From positions 11,033-75,032 of the forward strand of contig VMFZ01000001.1 in the NCBI GenBank assembly GCA_007376285.1: a DNA stretch of 64,000 nucleotides, given 5' to 3'. Shown piece by piece: positions 11,701 through 19,571 of the stretch. This stretch comes from Parcubacteria group bacterium Gr01-1014_17 (GTDB lineage Bacteria; Patescibacteriota; Minisyncoccia; Phycocordibacterales; UBA10002). Each line of letters starts with the position of its first letter. Position 1 is the first letter of the stretch. The notes under the pieces were generated by a model. The model was not told the origin of the DNA and did not search any database. It saw nothing but the letters and a program-made list of their open reading frames with translations. The position numbers and the translations under genes are program-made.

Positions 11701-11977
11701 CCTCATACGAGAGCTTGTTCGATTTTGCGGAATGTTCATCGCATTTCGGCTCCGAGATTGTAATACCGGAAAATTCTAGTTCAAACTTTTTGCTAGAATA
11801 ATCGCGTATCGGAGAAAACTCCTTAAACACTGACTTTAGACCCTTTTCCAAAAACCAGCGGAATGAATCCAGTTGGGGTTCAACAAAGTTTGGGTATTTC
11901 GCGAGCGGCTCGCGAAAATTCCCGAAATACTTCTTAGGACGCTTTGCAACGCCCGCGACATCAATGGCAATTCCCAT
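8741..11977 (-). CDS. rpoB: RNA polymerase beta subunit
   Basis: GDKLAGRHGNKG, GGQRFGEME; ATG at 11977 preferred over the ORF-track start. Confidence 0.98.
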   Translation of the reverse strand: MGIAIDVAGVAKRPKKYFGNFREPLAKYPNFVEPQLDSFRWFLEKGLKSVFKEFSPIRDYSSKKFELEFSGITISEPKCDEHSAKSNKLSYEASIKAVVRLKNKLAGTEKEQEIFMSDVPLMTNHGTFVISGVERVIVPQLARSFGVFFTAEEAKGKKYFGAKIMPARGAWIEIDTDPDGAIYVRIDRKRKFPLSSLFRILGAETDDAIKALFAGTAVESFITATLAKDHAKEVSQAYLEIYKRLRDGEIATPDTARTFVKSIFDVDRYNLSKVGRFRFNRRFEKLMTDKESERMTLSLDDVVTAVTHVGKLSTTPGAVEDDIDHLGSRRVRFVGELLEQKVRVGMTQMKRNLQDRMSTVESDLTLPSQFISPKPLQARIREFFTTNQLSQFMQQENILAEIEHLRTVSALGPGGLTRERAGFEVRDVHPSHYGRLCPIQTPEGGSIGLILRLSNYARLNEFGMIETPYARVKDGVITKEIVYFGASEEEGHKIAHAASLRDEHGRLLEQELEVRVNGAPAMVRATDVNLIDVATNQAFSITTSMIPFLNHDDANRALMGSNMQKQATPCLVPEAPLVATGIEGKAARDTGRLVLAEEEGVVSFVDARRVSVKNVKGKERSYPLVPFQRTNGFTAFHQRPAVSVGDKVKKGGLLADTSSSEGGEMALGHNVLVAFMSWAGANYEDAIIISERLVRESKFTSIHIEEFVVNVRDTKLGPEITTHDIPNVGEAKLKNLDEDGVICIGAEVRPGDILVGKITPKGETQLTPEERLLRSLFGEKARDVKDTSKRMEGGKRGRIISVKVFSREHGDKLESGILKRIHIEVAELRKVSVGDKLAGRHGNKGVISKILPVEEMPFTEDGTPIDLILTPLGVPSRMNLGQILELHLGLAAGSLGYQAIVPPFAGATDAEIKDELEKAGFQRSGKMKLHDGRTGEAFAQDIAVGTMYIMKLHHMVEDKIHMRSIGPYSMITQQPLGGKAQGGGQRFGEMEVWALLGHGAAYTLREMLTIKSDDIPGRAAAFDSIVKGEPISYSGVPASFSVLLNNLRGLALDADLQGGKKGDNDAGLRPRSRPRTRS

Positions 11978-12263
11978 ATAATTGGAACGCAATAAAAACA
12001 AAAGAAAACAAAAGCCCTCGCCAAGGCCTTTGTGGTGTGCTGCTAATTGTTATTTAGTTGTTCGAACGCAAAATGGCGCTCTATTGCTTACTAAAAAGCG
12101 TCCCGCGGAACTCAATCGTGTATATATCAAATGTACTCGGGCAGTATATACCCACTCATATTTTCTGTCAAATGCAAGTTTGGAGGGTGTGGATAACTCC
12201 CCCACTCGCAAAAACAGCCGAGTGCGCGGTCGGTTGTTTTTTTGTTCTTTCCCGCATCCGTCT

Positions 12264-12291
12264 ATACAGACATTTTGCAAAATGTCTGTAT
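12264..12291. repeat. Perfect 28-bp palindrome ATACAGACATTTTGCAAAATGTCTGTAT (family C), downstream of the wHTH gene
   Basis: Self-complementary; identical copy at 12625-12652. Confidence 0.95.
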
Positions 12292-12325
12292 GACAAATGG
12301 CGATAAATGTTCTGTAATTAAACAA

Positions 12326-12604
12326 TTAGTTTTCCGACAGTTCTTTGCAGAAAGAGAGCACCGCTTCCGCCCGCTCGGTTATCTTGTGCCGCACCTCTTT
12401 TCCTTGATACCGTTTCAACACCAAACCCGCAATCGCAAGTTTTCGGATGTGGTCGGAAGTATTTTCATAATTTGAATCAAACGCTCTCGCAATTTCTATA
12501 ACGGACAGTTCCGGTTTTTTCTTAAGCAATGCCAAAATTGCTAATCGCCGATGGTTTGCAAAGCCCTTGATAATTCGCTCCAGTGGTCGCCCTTCAATAC
12601 TCAT
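12326..12604 (-). CDS. ArsR-like winged helix-turn-helix protein
   Basis: KGFANHRRLAILALL...ELSVIEIA...TSDHIRKLAIAGLV pattern. Confidence 0.85.
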   Translation of the reverse strand: MSIEGRPLERIIKGFANHRRLAILALLKKKPELSVIEIARAFDSNYENTSDHIRKLAIAGLVLKRYQGKEVRHKITERAEAVLSFCKELSEN

Positions 12605-12623
12605 GTTGTCTTTATCTTACTCT

Positions 12624-12653
12624 TATACAGACATTTTGCAAAATGTCTGTATA
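12624..12653. repeat. Perfect 30-bp palindrome (family C), upstream of the wHTH gene
   Basis: TATACAGACATTTTGCAAAATGTCTGTATA. Confidence 0.95.
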
Positions 12654-12660
12654 TACCACA

Positions 12661-12729
12661 GACACCCGATGTTTGCCGCCTATTCCGCCTCATCGGCGGA
12701 TCGCCGAAAAGGAGACAACATTGGGTGTT
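12661..12729. repeat. REP-like palindrome family A carrying a nested family B hairpin
   Basis: gacacccgatgtttgccgcctat[tccgcctcatcggcggatcgccgaaaaggaga]caacattgggtgtt. Confidence 0.85.
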
Positions 12730-12756
12730 GGGTGGTTTTGAGTTATCAACACCCGG

Positions 12757-12877
12757 TTGTAATTTTCATGTAGACAGTATATACTGTTTGCGTGTCTGCG
12801 GGACGTCAGTCCTATCTAGCCATATTCTGCGCTGGAGACAGGCACACTAAAGGACACCGCTTATCGCGGTGTTTTTT
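12757..12877 (+). ncRNA. Candidate small structured RNA with its promoter and intrinsic terminator
   Basis: TTGTAA-17-TATACT (12757-12785); closing stem GTGTCTG/CAGGCAC with two internal hairpins; hairpin ACACCGC-ttatc-GCGGTGT plus T-run; no credible ORF. Confidence 0.5.
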
Positions 12878-12887
12878 AGTACCTCTT

Positions 12888-14348
12888 CTACTTCGGTCGC
12901 AAAGTCGGAAAAAAAATCACATCCCGAATATTATGAGAATCAGTGAGAAGCATCACGAGGCGTTCAACGCCGATGCCGACACCGCCGGCGGGCGGCATAC
13001 CGTATTCAAGCGCTTCCAGAAATGATTCATCGGATGGTTCGGCTTCCGCGTCCCCCGCTTTGCGCCTGCGTTCTTGCTCTTCAAATCGCGCGCGCTGTTC
13101 TATGGGGTCATTCAATTCTGAAAACGCTTTAACAAGCTCAACACCTCCTGCATAGAGTTGGAATGCATCAACGAGTGCTGGGTTTTCTTCTTTGTTTTTT
13201 GCAAGCGGGAGCATATCTTTCGGATAATCAATTACAAATGTCGGCTGAATGAGCTTTGGCCGCACCGTGCGCTTAAAAAGCGCGTCAAGAATTTTTTCGC
13301 GCGTATCCCCTTCTTTTACTGAAGCGCCAAGCCGCTTTCCGGCAAGCAGAAGCGCATCGGAAGATGCTCCGGCTGGATTTGGAATAAGCGCATAGCGTTC
13401 AATCAATTCAAAGTAGGAGGCAGTTGCAAATGGTTTGCTAAAATCAATCTCAACTCCTTCGTGTGATATTTTTGTTTTTCCAAGCGCCACCTTCACCACC
13501 GTTTTCAATACTTCCTCGACAAACGCGCGCTGGCGCGCGGCATCGCTATACGCTTCGTACCATTCCACAGTGGTAAATTCTGGATTGTGCGTAACATCAA
13601 TACCCTCGTTTCTGAAGCTCCTGCCGATTTCAAACACTTTCGGAAACCCTCCGATAAGCAACTTTTTCAAATCAAGCTCTGGCGCAATGCGTAAAAACAA
13701 GCCGACGCCCAAAGCATTATGATGCGTCTTAAATGGCTCTGCGTTGGCGCCTCCAGGAATTGGCTGAAGCATTGAGGTTTCAACTTCCAAAAACCCGTCA
13801 TCGTTTAAAGAGCGCCGCAATTCCGACACAATGCGCGAACGCAAAATAAATCGCGTGCGCGATTCTTCATTCATTAAAGTATCAAGATAACGCTTGCGGA
13901 ACTGTTCTTCCGTATCGGTAAGCCCAGCCCATTTTTCTGGAAGCGGGCGAAGCGCTTTCGCAAGCATCCGCCATGATGCAACTTGCAGTGTTTCTTCCCC
14001 GCTTTTTGTTTTGAAGAGAGTACCGCTCGCTTCTACAAAATCCCCAATATCTACCACTTCATTCCACAGTTCAAACGCTTCTGTTATATCGTCTTTTTTA
14101 AGCAATCCTTGGAAATTACCCGTGCCGTCATTAAAGTCAAAGAAAATTAGCGCGCCCTGCGCGCGCATCCCCATCACGCGCCCAGCAAGTGTTACGGACT
14201 TTTTCTTCGCCAGCGCCGCGAATTTTTTGCGCGCGTCCACAAGCGCGCAGTCAGGACGCGCGGAAATTGGATACGGCGAAACTCCGCGCTCGCGGAGCAA
14301 CTGCAATTTTTTCAGGCGCACTGCGCGCAATTCTTCAAATGAAGACAT
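12888..14348 (-). CDS. lysS: Lysyl-tRNA synthetase (class II)
   Basis: RKRYLD, LRIAPELDLKKL, FRNEGID, GMPPAGGVGIG. Confidence 0.96.
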   Translation of the reverse strand: MSSFEELRAVRLKKLQLLRERGVSPYPISARPDCALVDARKKFAALAKKKSVTLAGRVMGMRAQGALIFFDFNDGTGNFQGLLKKDDITEAFELWNEVVDIGDFVEASGTLFKTKSGEETLQVASWRMLAKALRPLPEKWAGLTDTEEQFRKRYLDTLMNEESRTRFILRSRIVSELRRSLNDDGFLEVETSMLQPIPGGANAEPFKTHHNALGVGLFLRIAPELDLKKLLIGGFPKVFEIGRSFRNEGIDVTHNPEFTTVEWYEAYSDAARQRAFVEEVLKTVVKVALGKTKISHEGVEIDFSKPFATASYFELIERYALIPNPAGASSDALLLAGKRLGASVKEGDTREKILDALFKRTVRPKLIQPTFVIDYPKDMLPLAKNKEENPALVDAFQLYAGGVELVKAFSELNDPIEQRARFEEQERRRKAGDAEAEPSDESFLEALEYGMPPAGGVGIGVERLVMLLTDSHNIRDVIFFPTLRPK

Positions 14349-14364
14349 AGATAATTTATTAAAA

Positions 14365-14835
14365 TTATTCAACGCTTATTATCTCATATTCGCTCTCGCC
14401 TGTCGGGGTCTTTACGGAAAATGCATCGCCAGCTTTTTTTCCCACCATTGCCTGCGCGAGCGGAGAATCAAGAGACACGCTCCCTCCCGCCACATCGCCT
14501 TCTTCCGAACCCACAATTCTATATGAAAGCTCTTTCCCGTCTTTTCCGCGCTTCAAAAACACTTGCGAGCCGATGCCGACGGTATCTCCCTGCGCGCGCT
14601 TTTCAAGAATGCATGCGCTTTTAAGCAAGTAATCCAGCTTTGCAATCCGGTCTTCCAACTGCGCCTGCGCCGCGCGCGCTTCGTGATACTCGGCATTTTC
14701 AGACAAATCGCCGAGCGATTTCGCATACTCAAGATTTTCCGCAACCTCCTTGCGGCGCGCGGTTTTGAGCGACTGAAGCTCTTCCGAAAGCTCGTCAAAC
14801 TTTTCTTTTGTCAGACGGACGGTGGTGTCAGTCAT
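14365..14835 (-). CDS. greA: Transcription elongation factor GreA
   Basis: GDLSENAEYHEA; SLDSPLAQAM. Confidence 0.96.
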   Translation of the reverse strand: MTDTTVRLTKEKFDELSEELQSLKTARRKEVAENLEYAKSLGDLSENAEYHEARAAQAQLEDRIAKLDYLLKSACILEKRAQGDTVGIGSQVFLKRGKDGKELSYRIVGSEEGDVAGGSVSLDSPLAQAMVGKKAGDAFSVKTPTGESEYEIISVE

Positions 14836-14902
14836 AAAAATTAAAAAACAGATTTTTAATAACCCTATAGTACCCCAAGAACAAATAAAATAACAGGCAC
14901 GA

Positions 14903-16609
14903 CTATTTCAAATACTCCGGTGCGTTGAGAAAGAGCCACTCAAAAAACTGTTTCATTACATACACACCACCGACAGTGTTCTCGCGCGGACCTTTTTCCA
15001 ATAAGACGACAAATGCATAGCGCGGCGCTTCGTATGGGAAAAATCCGACCACCCACGAATGCACGCGCTTTTTTGCAATTCCCACTTCAGCGGTCCCTGT
15101 TTTTGCCGCAACTGATAAGAACGGAAAATAGAGCCCGCTCGCCGTGCCTTCGGTTACCGCAAGCCGCATTCCCTCGCGCACCACGCGTAAATTCTTTTCC
15201 AACACTGGCACGCTCTGTTCGTCCGCTTTTTCTCCTGCAATCAGAGTCGGCTGAAGCAATCTACCTCCGTTTGCAACCGCAGAAACAGCGCGAAGCATTT
15301 GCAATGGCGTTACTAACATTCCGTATTGCCCGATAGAAGTGTTATAGGTATCGCCGATTCTCCATTGGTCGTCCGGAAACTCAATTTTTTTCCAATCCGG
15401 ACCCGGAATCGTGCCAATTGCGCCGCCCAAAAGAGGGTCTGCGAGCATCTCACCCATTCCGAACAAACGCAGATATTTTTCCATGCGCGCAATGCCAAGT
15501 CCTTTCTGATTTTCAAACCCGCCTCCGATTTCATAAAAATATACATCAGACGACACCGCGAGCGCCTGTCGCATATCCACCCATCCATGCGCTTTCCAAT
15601 CGTTAAATACGGATGTGCGTTTCGGGTCGTATGGGTTCGGAATTGAAATAGAGCCGGTGCTCAAGATTTTCTGTTCCGGAGAAATTACTTTTTCTTCAAG
15701 CGCTGCGGCTGCTAAAAGCGGCTTCACAATAGAACCGGGCGCATAGAGCCCAGCAGTAGCGCGGTCCAAAAATGGTTTCTTCGTGTCGTTCACAAAACTC
15801 GCAATGCGCGACGCGGGAGCGCCATCCGAGAGAATCTGCGGGGCATATTCGGGCGCGCTCGTCAGTGCAATCACTTCTCCGTTTGACACATCCATAAGCG
15901 CCGCCGCTCCACCTTCAAACCCTACTGCACGCATACGCTCCATAAGCAATCCGTAAAGTATTTCGTTCAAACGCGCATCAATTGAAAGCTGTAAATCATT
16001 ACCTTTGCGCGGCAAGTTCACAACACTTTCAGACACTACCGTGCCGCGGACATCTAGTTCAAGAGTTCGTACGCCGTTCTCGCCAGCAAGCGCTTCATTG
16101 TATACACTCTCAGCACCAGCGACTCCTTTGAAATCGTCTCTCACATAAAAACCACTAGAATCCTTGCTAGGATATTTAAGAAAACCAATAGTATGCGCAG
16201 AGCCGGAGCGCGGCGCGTAGCGCCGCGCTAAAAATTCTGAATGCGCTACATCAGGCACATTCCACGCCAGTGGCTCTCCGTTTCGGTCAAGCAGTCGCCC
16301 GCGCTCCGCAAACAATGGAGTTGTCTTGAGCGTATTATCACGACTCCTTTCTGCATATTGTTTCCCTTCTGCAATCTGAATCTGCCAGAGGCGCGCGCCA
16401 AATAGAACGACTATAAATGTAAAAAAAACACCGAGTGCGAGCGCGGAGCCGGCGCCAAGCGGCCTCTCAATACGCCCTTCAAATTGTGATTTATCAAACG
16501 CGGGCAGGTTGACATCGTCAAGAAAAATCTCGTCGGGAGAGATTTCTACGCCAAATTTCTTTTTTTTTAATTTCTGGAATACCATCGCAGTGATTTTTTT
16601 AACCGCCAT
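14903..16609 (-). CDS. mrdA: Penicillin-binding protein 2 (transpeptidase)
   Basis: PGSIVKP (SxxK), SSD (SxD), KTGTAE; in the mre operon. Confidence 0.9.
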   Translation of the reverse strand: MAVKKITAMVFQKLKKKKFGVEISPDEIFLDDVNLPAFDKSQFEGRIERPLGAGSALALGVFFTFIVVLFGARLWQIQIAEGKQYAERSRDNTLKTTPLFAERGRLLDRNGEPLAWNVPDVAHSEFLARRYAPRSGSAHTIGFLKYPSKDSSGFYVRDDFKGVAGAESVYNEALAGENGVRTLELDVRGTVVSESVVNLPRKGNDLQLSIDARLNEILYGLLMERMRAVGFEGGAAALMDVSNGEVIALTSAPEYAPQILSDGAPASRIASFVNDTKKPFLDRATAGLYAPGSIVKPLLAAAALEEKVISPEQKILSTGSISIPNPYDPKRTSVFNDWKAHGWVDMRQALAVSSDVYFYEIGGGFENQKGLGIARMEKYLRLFGMGEMLADPLLGGAIGTIPGPDWKKIEFPDDQWRIGDTYNTSIGQYGMLVTPLQMLRAVSAVANGGRLLQPTLIAGEKADEQSVPVLEKNLRVVREGMRLAVTEGTASGLYFPFLSVAAKTGTAEVGIAKKRVHSWVVGFFPYEAPRYAFVVLLEKGPRENTVGGVYVMKQFFEWLFLNAPEYLK

Positions 16610-16842
16610 ACCGCTAGTAAAGATGCCGCTATTAGAACTGTATATACAAACTGAAACCCAAACCAGCGCGGCTCAGGTGTGGCGTAAAGCGCATCCAATA
16701 CAACACCAATGACAACCGCTTCCCAAAACCGCGGAAAGAAAAAAGCCGCTCCGACCGCCGCTGCGGCGATTGCGGCCTGCGGCGCAACCGCCGCTCCGAT
16801 GAGAAGTGCAACAACGGCCAGTATCCTATAAAAACGCATCAT
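16567..16842 (-). CDS. Small membrane protein, probably MreD-like
   Basis: Hydrophobic; GVVLD motif; lies between mreC and mrdA. Confidence 0.6.
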   Translation of the reverse strand: MMRFYRILAVVALLIGAAVAPQAAIAAAAVGAAFFFPRFWEAVVIGVVLDALYATPEPRWFGFQFVYTVLIAASLLAVWRLKKSLRWYSRN

Positions 16843-17621
16843 AAATTTAAATCACCCACCTCCACCATTCGCAACTCAAAGATATTCACAGGCAGGCGGA
16901 GATACAATTTAGATACTCCTTCGCCTGCTTCCATTATCGCGTCCACAATCGCAAACAATTTCGGAGAAATGCTTACAGCAAAGGCCCCGTCTCCCACCGA
17001 TATCGGAATATCTTTCGCTATTTCCGCCTCAAAGGTCCCGCCTCCATTACCTACAAGTTCAACAGGAAACTTTCCAGAAATCTGCGTAATTGTTTTCTTG
17101 CCTGCGGTTGAATAGAGCGAAACAAGCGAAGTAGCGCCGCGTACTTCCGCAACCTCTCCAATCACAAATCCAAACGTGGATACCGGCATACCGATATGTA
17201 CACCATCGTCATACCCTGCGCCGATAATAAGCGTGTCGTACACGCTCCAGCGCGGCCGCGACAACACAGCTGCCACCAGAACCACATTCGTGCTCGGTTG
17301 CTGTAATATTTCATCAGGCACTGCGGAAATGGACCTTAAAAACTCATTCTCGGACTTTACGCGCGCGAGATCTTCCTCAAGCGCCGCGATTTCATCGGAA
17401 AGCGCGGCACGCGAACTAAAAAACGCACCAATAGGAGCAGATGCGGTGAGCGCGCTATCGCGCGCGTAAAACAGGGGTTCTGCAATCCCGGATGCAATTG
17501 GTGAGGAAATATTGGGCGCGAGCCATTGCAATACAAAAATTGTGAGCGCGAAAACAGCTGCGCCGGTGAATGCGTGGAAGTACGCGGCGCGGGATTTTTT
17601 ACGCTGGAGGAGGAAGTTCAT
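16839..17621 (-). CDS. mreC: Rod shape-determining protein MreC
   Basis: TM plus coiled coil plus IIGAGYDDGVHIGMPV beta domain; synteny. Confidence 0.85.
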   Translation of the reverse strand: MNFLLQRKKSRAAYFHAFTGAAVFALTIFVLQWLAPNISSPIASGIAEPLFYARDSALTASAPIGAFFSSRAALSDEIAALEEDLARVKSENEFLRSISAVPDEILQQPSTNVVLVAAVLSRPRWSVYDTLIIGAGYDDGVHIGMPVSTFGFVIGEVAEVRGATSLVSLYSTAGKKTITQISGKFPVELVGNGGGTFEAEIAKDIPISVGDGAFAVSISPKLFAIVDAIMEAGEGVSKLYLRLPVNIFELRMVEVGDLNL

Positions 17622-18666
17622 TGGAATCAGGTTCAACAAGTAAATCCGAAAACTCGTCAAGCCGTTCAAGAATCACGCCTGCGCCGCGCGCGACTGCGGT
17701 CAAGGGCTCCTCGCCAATATGCACCGGAATCTTCATATGCTCTTCAATCAATGCATCAAGTCCGCGGAGAAGCGCCCCACCACCGACTAAGTACATGCCG
17801 CGGTGCATAATGTCTGCGACGAGTTCCGGCGGGGTCGTTTCCAGCACCCCGCGGATTGATTCAAGTAAAATATCAAGCGATGGCGCGAGCGCGTCGCGCA
17901 CATCCGAATCTGTAATGACGGCTTCGCGCGGAAGTCCGGTGATAATGTCGCGCCCGCGCACGGCGGTTTGCAAAAGTTCCCGCTGGGGCATTGCCGAACC
18001 GATTGCAATTTTAAGTCCTTCCGCGGTCTTCTCACCGATAAGCACTTTGTATTCGCTCCGCACGAAACTGATGATGTCATTGTTGAAACGGTCTCCTGCG
18101 ATTTTCAAACCCTTTGAACGCACGACACCGCCCATAGATATCACGACGATATCGGATGTGCCGCCGCCAATATCCACCACCATAGTACCGACCGGTTCTT
18201 TGATGGGAAGACGCATCCCGACTGCGGCGGCAATCGCCTCGTCTACGAGAAACACTTCACGCGCGCCGCGGCTTTCGGTCGCGTCACGCACCGCGCGCGT
18301 TTCAACATTCGTAACGCCTGCAGGCACGCCGACAATCACGCGTGGCCCGAGCATGGCGCGCTGACCCCCTTCGGCGCGGCGCATCAAGTACGCGAGCATC
18401 TCTTCCGTTACTTCAAAATCGGAAATCACGCCGCCAACCATTGGCTTCACTGCTATGATGTGCGGCGGGGTGCGCCCGAGCATTTCCTTTGCCGCGGAGC
18501 CGACTGCGACCACTTGGTTTGTTTTTTGGTTCACGGCAACAACCGACGGCTCGTTAATAACGATGCCCCTGCCGCGCACATACACCAAAGTATTCGCGGT
18601 GCCGAGGTCAATCGCAATGTCGTTTGAAAACCGCCGCCTGAGTTTGTTCCAGTAGGTTTTGAACAT
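17599..18666 (-). CDS. mreB: Actin-like rod shape protein MreB
   Basis: IAIDLGTANT, EPSVVA, VDIGGGTS, GGGALLRG. Confidence 0.96.
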   Translation of the reverse strand: MFKTYWNKLRRRFSNDIAIDLGTANTLVYVRGRGIVINEPSVVAVNQKTNQVVAVGSAAKEMLGRTPPHIIAVKPMVGGVISDFEVTEEMLAYLMRRAEGGQRAMLGPRVIVGVPAGVTNVETRAVRDATESRGAREVFLVDEAIAAAVGMRLPIKEPVGTMVVDIGGGTSDIVVISMGGVVRSKGLKIAGDRFNNDIISFVRSEYKVLIGEKTAEGLKIAIGSAMPQRELLQTAVRGRDIITGLPREAVITDSDVRDALAPSLDILLESIRGVLETTPPELVADIMHRGMYLVGGGALLRGLDALIEEHMKIPVHIGEEPLTAVARGAGVILERLDEFSDLLVEPDSNELPPPA

Positions 18667-18715
18667 AGGAGAATGGTGCAGACAGTATGCCTGTTTTTCC
18701 GACAAATGAAAACGC

Positions 18716-18817
18716 TTGACATAATTTAACTTAACCAATATACTTATATTCCGAAGCAAAAGTATCGCTAAATGCGCTCGACGCGCACGCCGCATGGTTC
18801 GCCCAGCGGCTTTTTTT
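18716..18817 (+). ncRNA. Candidate ~70-nt small RNA with near-consensus sigma70 promoter and terminator
   Basis: TTGACA-17-TATACT (18716-18744); hairpins TGCGC-tcgac-GCGCA and GCCGC...GCGGC followed by T7; no ORF. Confidence 0.55.
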
Positions 18818-18860
18818 ATTCCCCCCAACCCATTTCTTTTTTTTATTCCTTCTTCTCCAA

Positions 18861-18900
18861 CTATTCCAACTACTTGCTATAGCAGATAAATGGAAGAGGT
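18861..18900. repeat. Imperfect ~40-bp palindrome (family P), at the 3' end of the PaaX/Cas2-like gene
   Basis: ctattccaactacttgcta|tagcagataaatggaagaggt; core CCAACTACTTGCTATAGCA shared with 19509-19550 and 37212-37251. Confidence 0.9.
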
Positions 18901-18901
18901 G

Positions 18902-19483
18902 TTATTTCTTGAGTTCAAAATGACGGAGCAACTCGGCTTCGTGAGAGATAGTAGAAAGCGTTGCATAACGGACAAAATACCGCACATTGAAAAATGTGGC
19001 AATAAAATCAATCTCGTCACGGCAAGGATACGGATGTACGAACACCGACTTTTGCCAATGATAAAAGTCCAAATCGTACAGTTTCAATCGAAGCGACTCG
19101 CGCGCGGTTTTCCAGCCCTCGGGAATATCAAAAAAAACCGCGTGCCATATCCCGTCCCATTGTGTTGGCTTCGCTATCTCCATTTTGTGCAGATGAAAGG
19201 TGAGCGCCCGCTTTTTTCCGCGTTCCAAAAGAACCACGGTTCGTGTTCCGCCTTCATCTTCTTCTATACTGACTAATTGTTCATCTTCAAATTCCCGAAT
19301 AATACGATAGAGATAGGCGCGGTTAATCTGTTTCCATTCTTTCGCCAACTCTTCAAAAATCCGAAACTGCCGTGGTAGGGTTCCGGCAAAACTAAGCGCC
19401 ACGCCCGCTTGCAGTAACAGAAGCACTTTCTGCTTGACGGGACTAGAGATGCGTCTTTTGCGTACAAAGATTGTTTTTCTCAT
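18902..19483 (-). CDS. PaaX-like protein: winged helix plus Cas2-like domain, stand-alone
   Basis: WDGIWHAVFFDIPE...RESLRLKL...WQKSVFVHPY matches the PaaX-central/Cas2-like pattern; N-terminal wHTH. Confidence 0.85.
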   Translation of the reverse strand: MRKTIFVRKRRISSPVKQKVLLLLQAGVALSFAGTLPRQFRIFEELAKEWKQINRAYLYRIIREFEDEQLVSIEEDEGGTRTVVLLERGKKRALTFHLHKMEIAKPTQWDGIWHAVFFDIPEGWKTARESLRLKLYDLDFYHWQKSVFVHPYPCRDEIDFIATFFNVRYFVRYATLSTISHEAELLRHFELKK

Positions 19484-19508
19484 TTCTTTTATCTTATTTT
19501 ATTTTGAT

Positions 19509-19550
19509 ACCTCTCCCAACTACTTGCTATAGCAAGTAACTGGAATAGGT
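19509..19550. repeat. Imperfect ~42-bp palindrome (family P), 5' of the PaaX/Cas2-like gene
   Basis: acctctcccaactacttgcta|tagcaagtaactggaataggt. Confidence 0.9.
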
Positions 19551-19571
19551 CACCATTACACCAATAAGTTG

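Noticed and set aside
12188-12196. Perfect DnaA box (TGTGGATAA) suggesting oriC
   Set aside because: Single box upstream of rpoB with no cluster and no dnaA nearby.
18902-19483. Cas2-like domain as evidence of a CRISPR-Cas locus
   Set aside because: No cas1, effector genes or regularly spaced repeat-spacer array in the window; the domain layout is PaaX-like.
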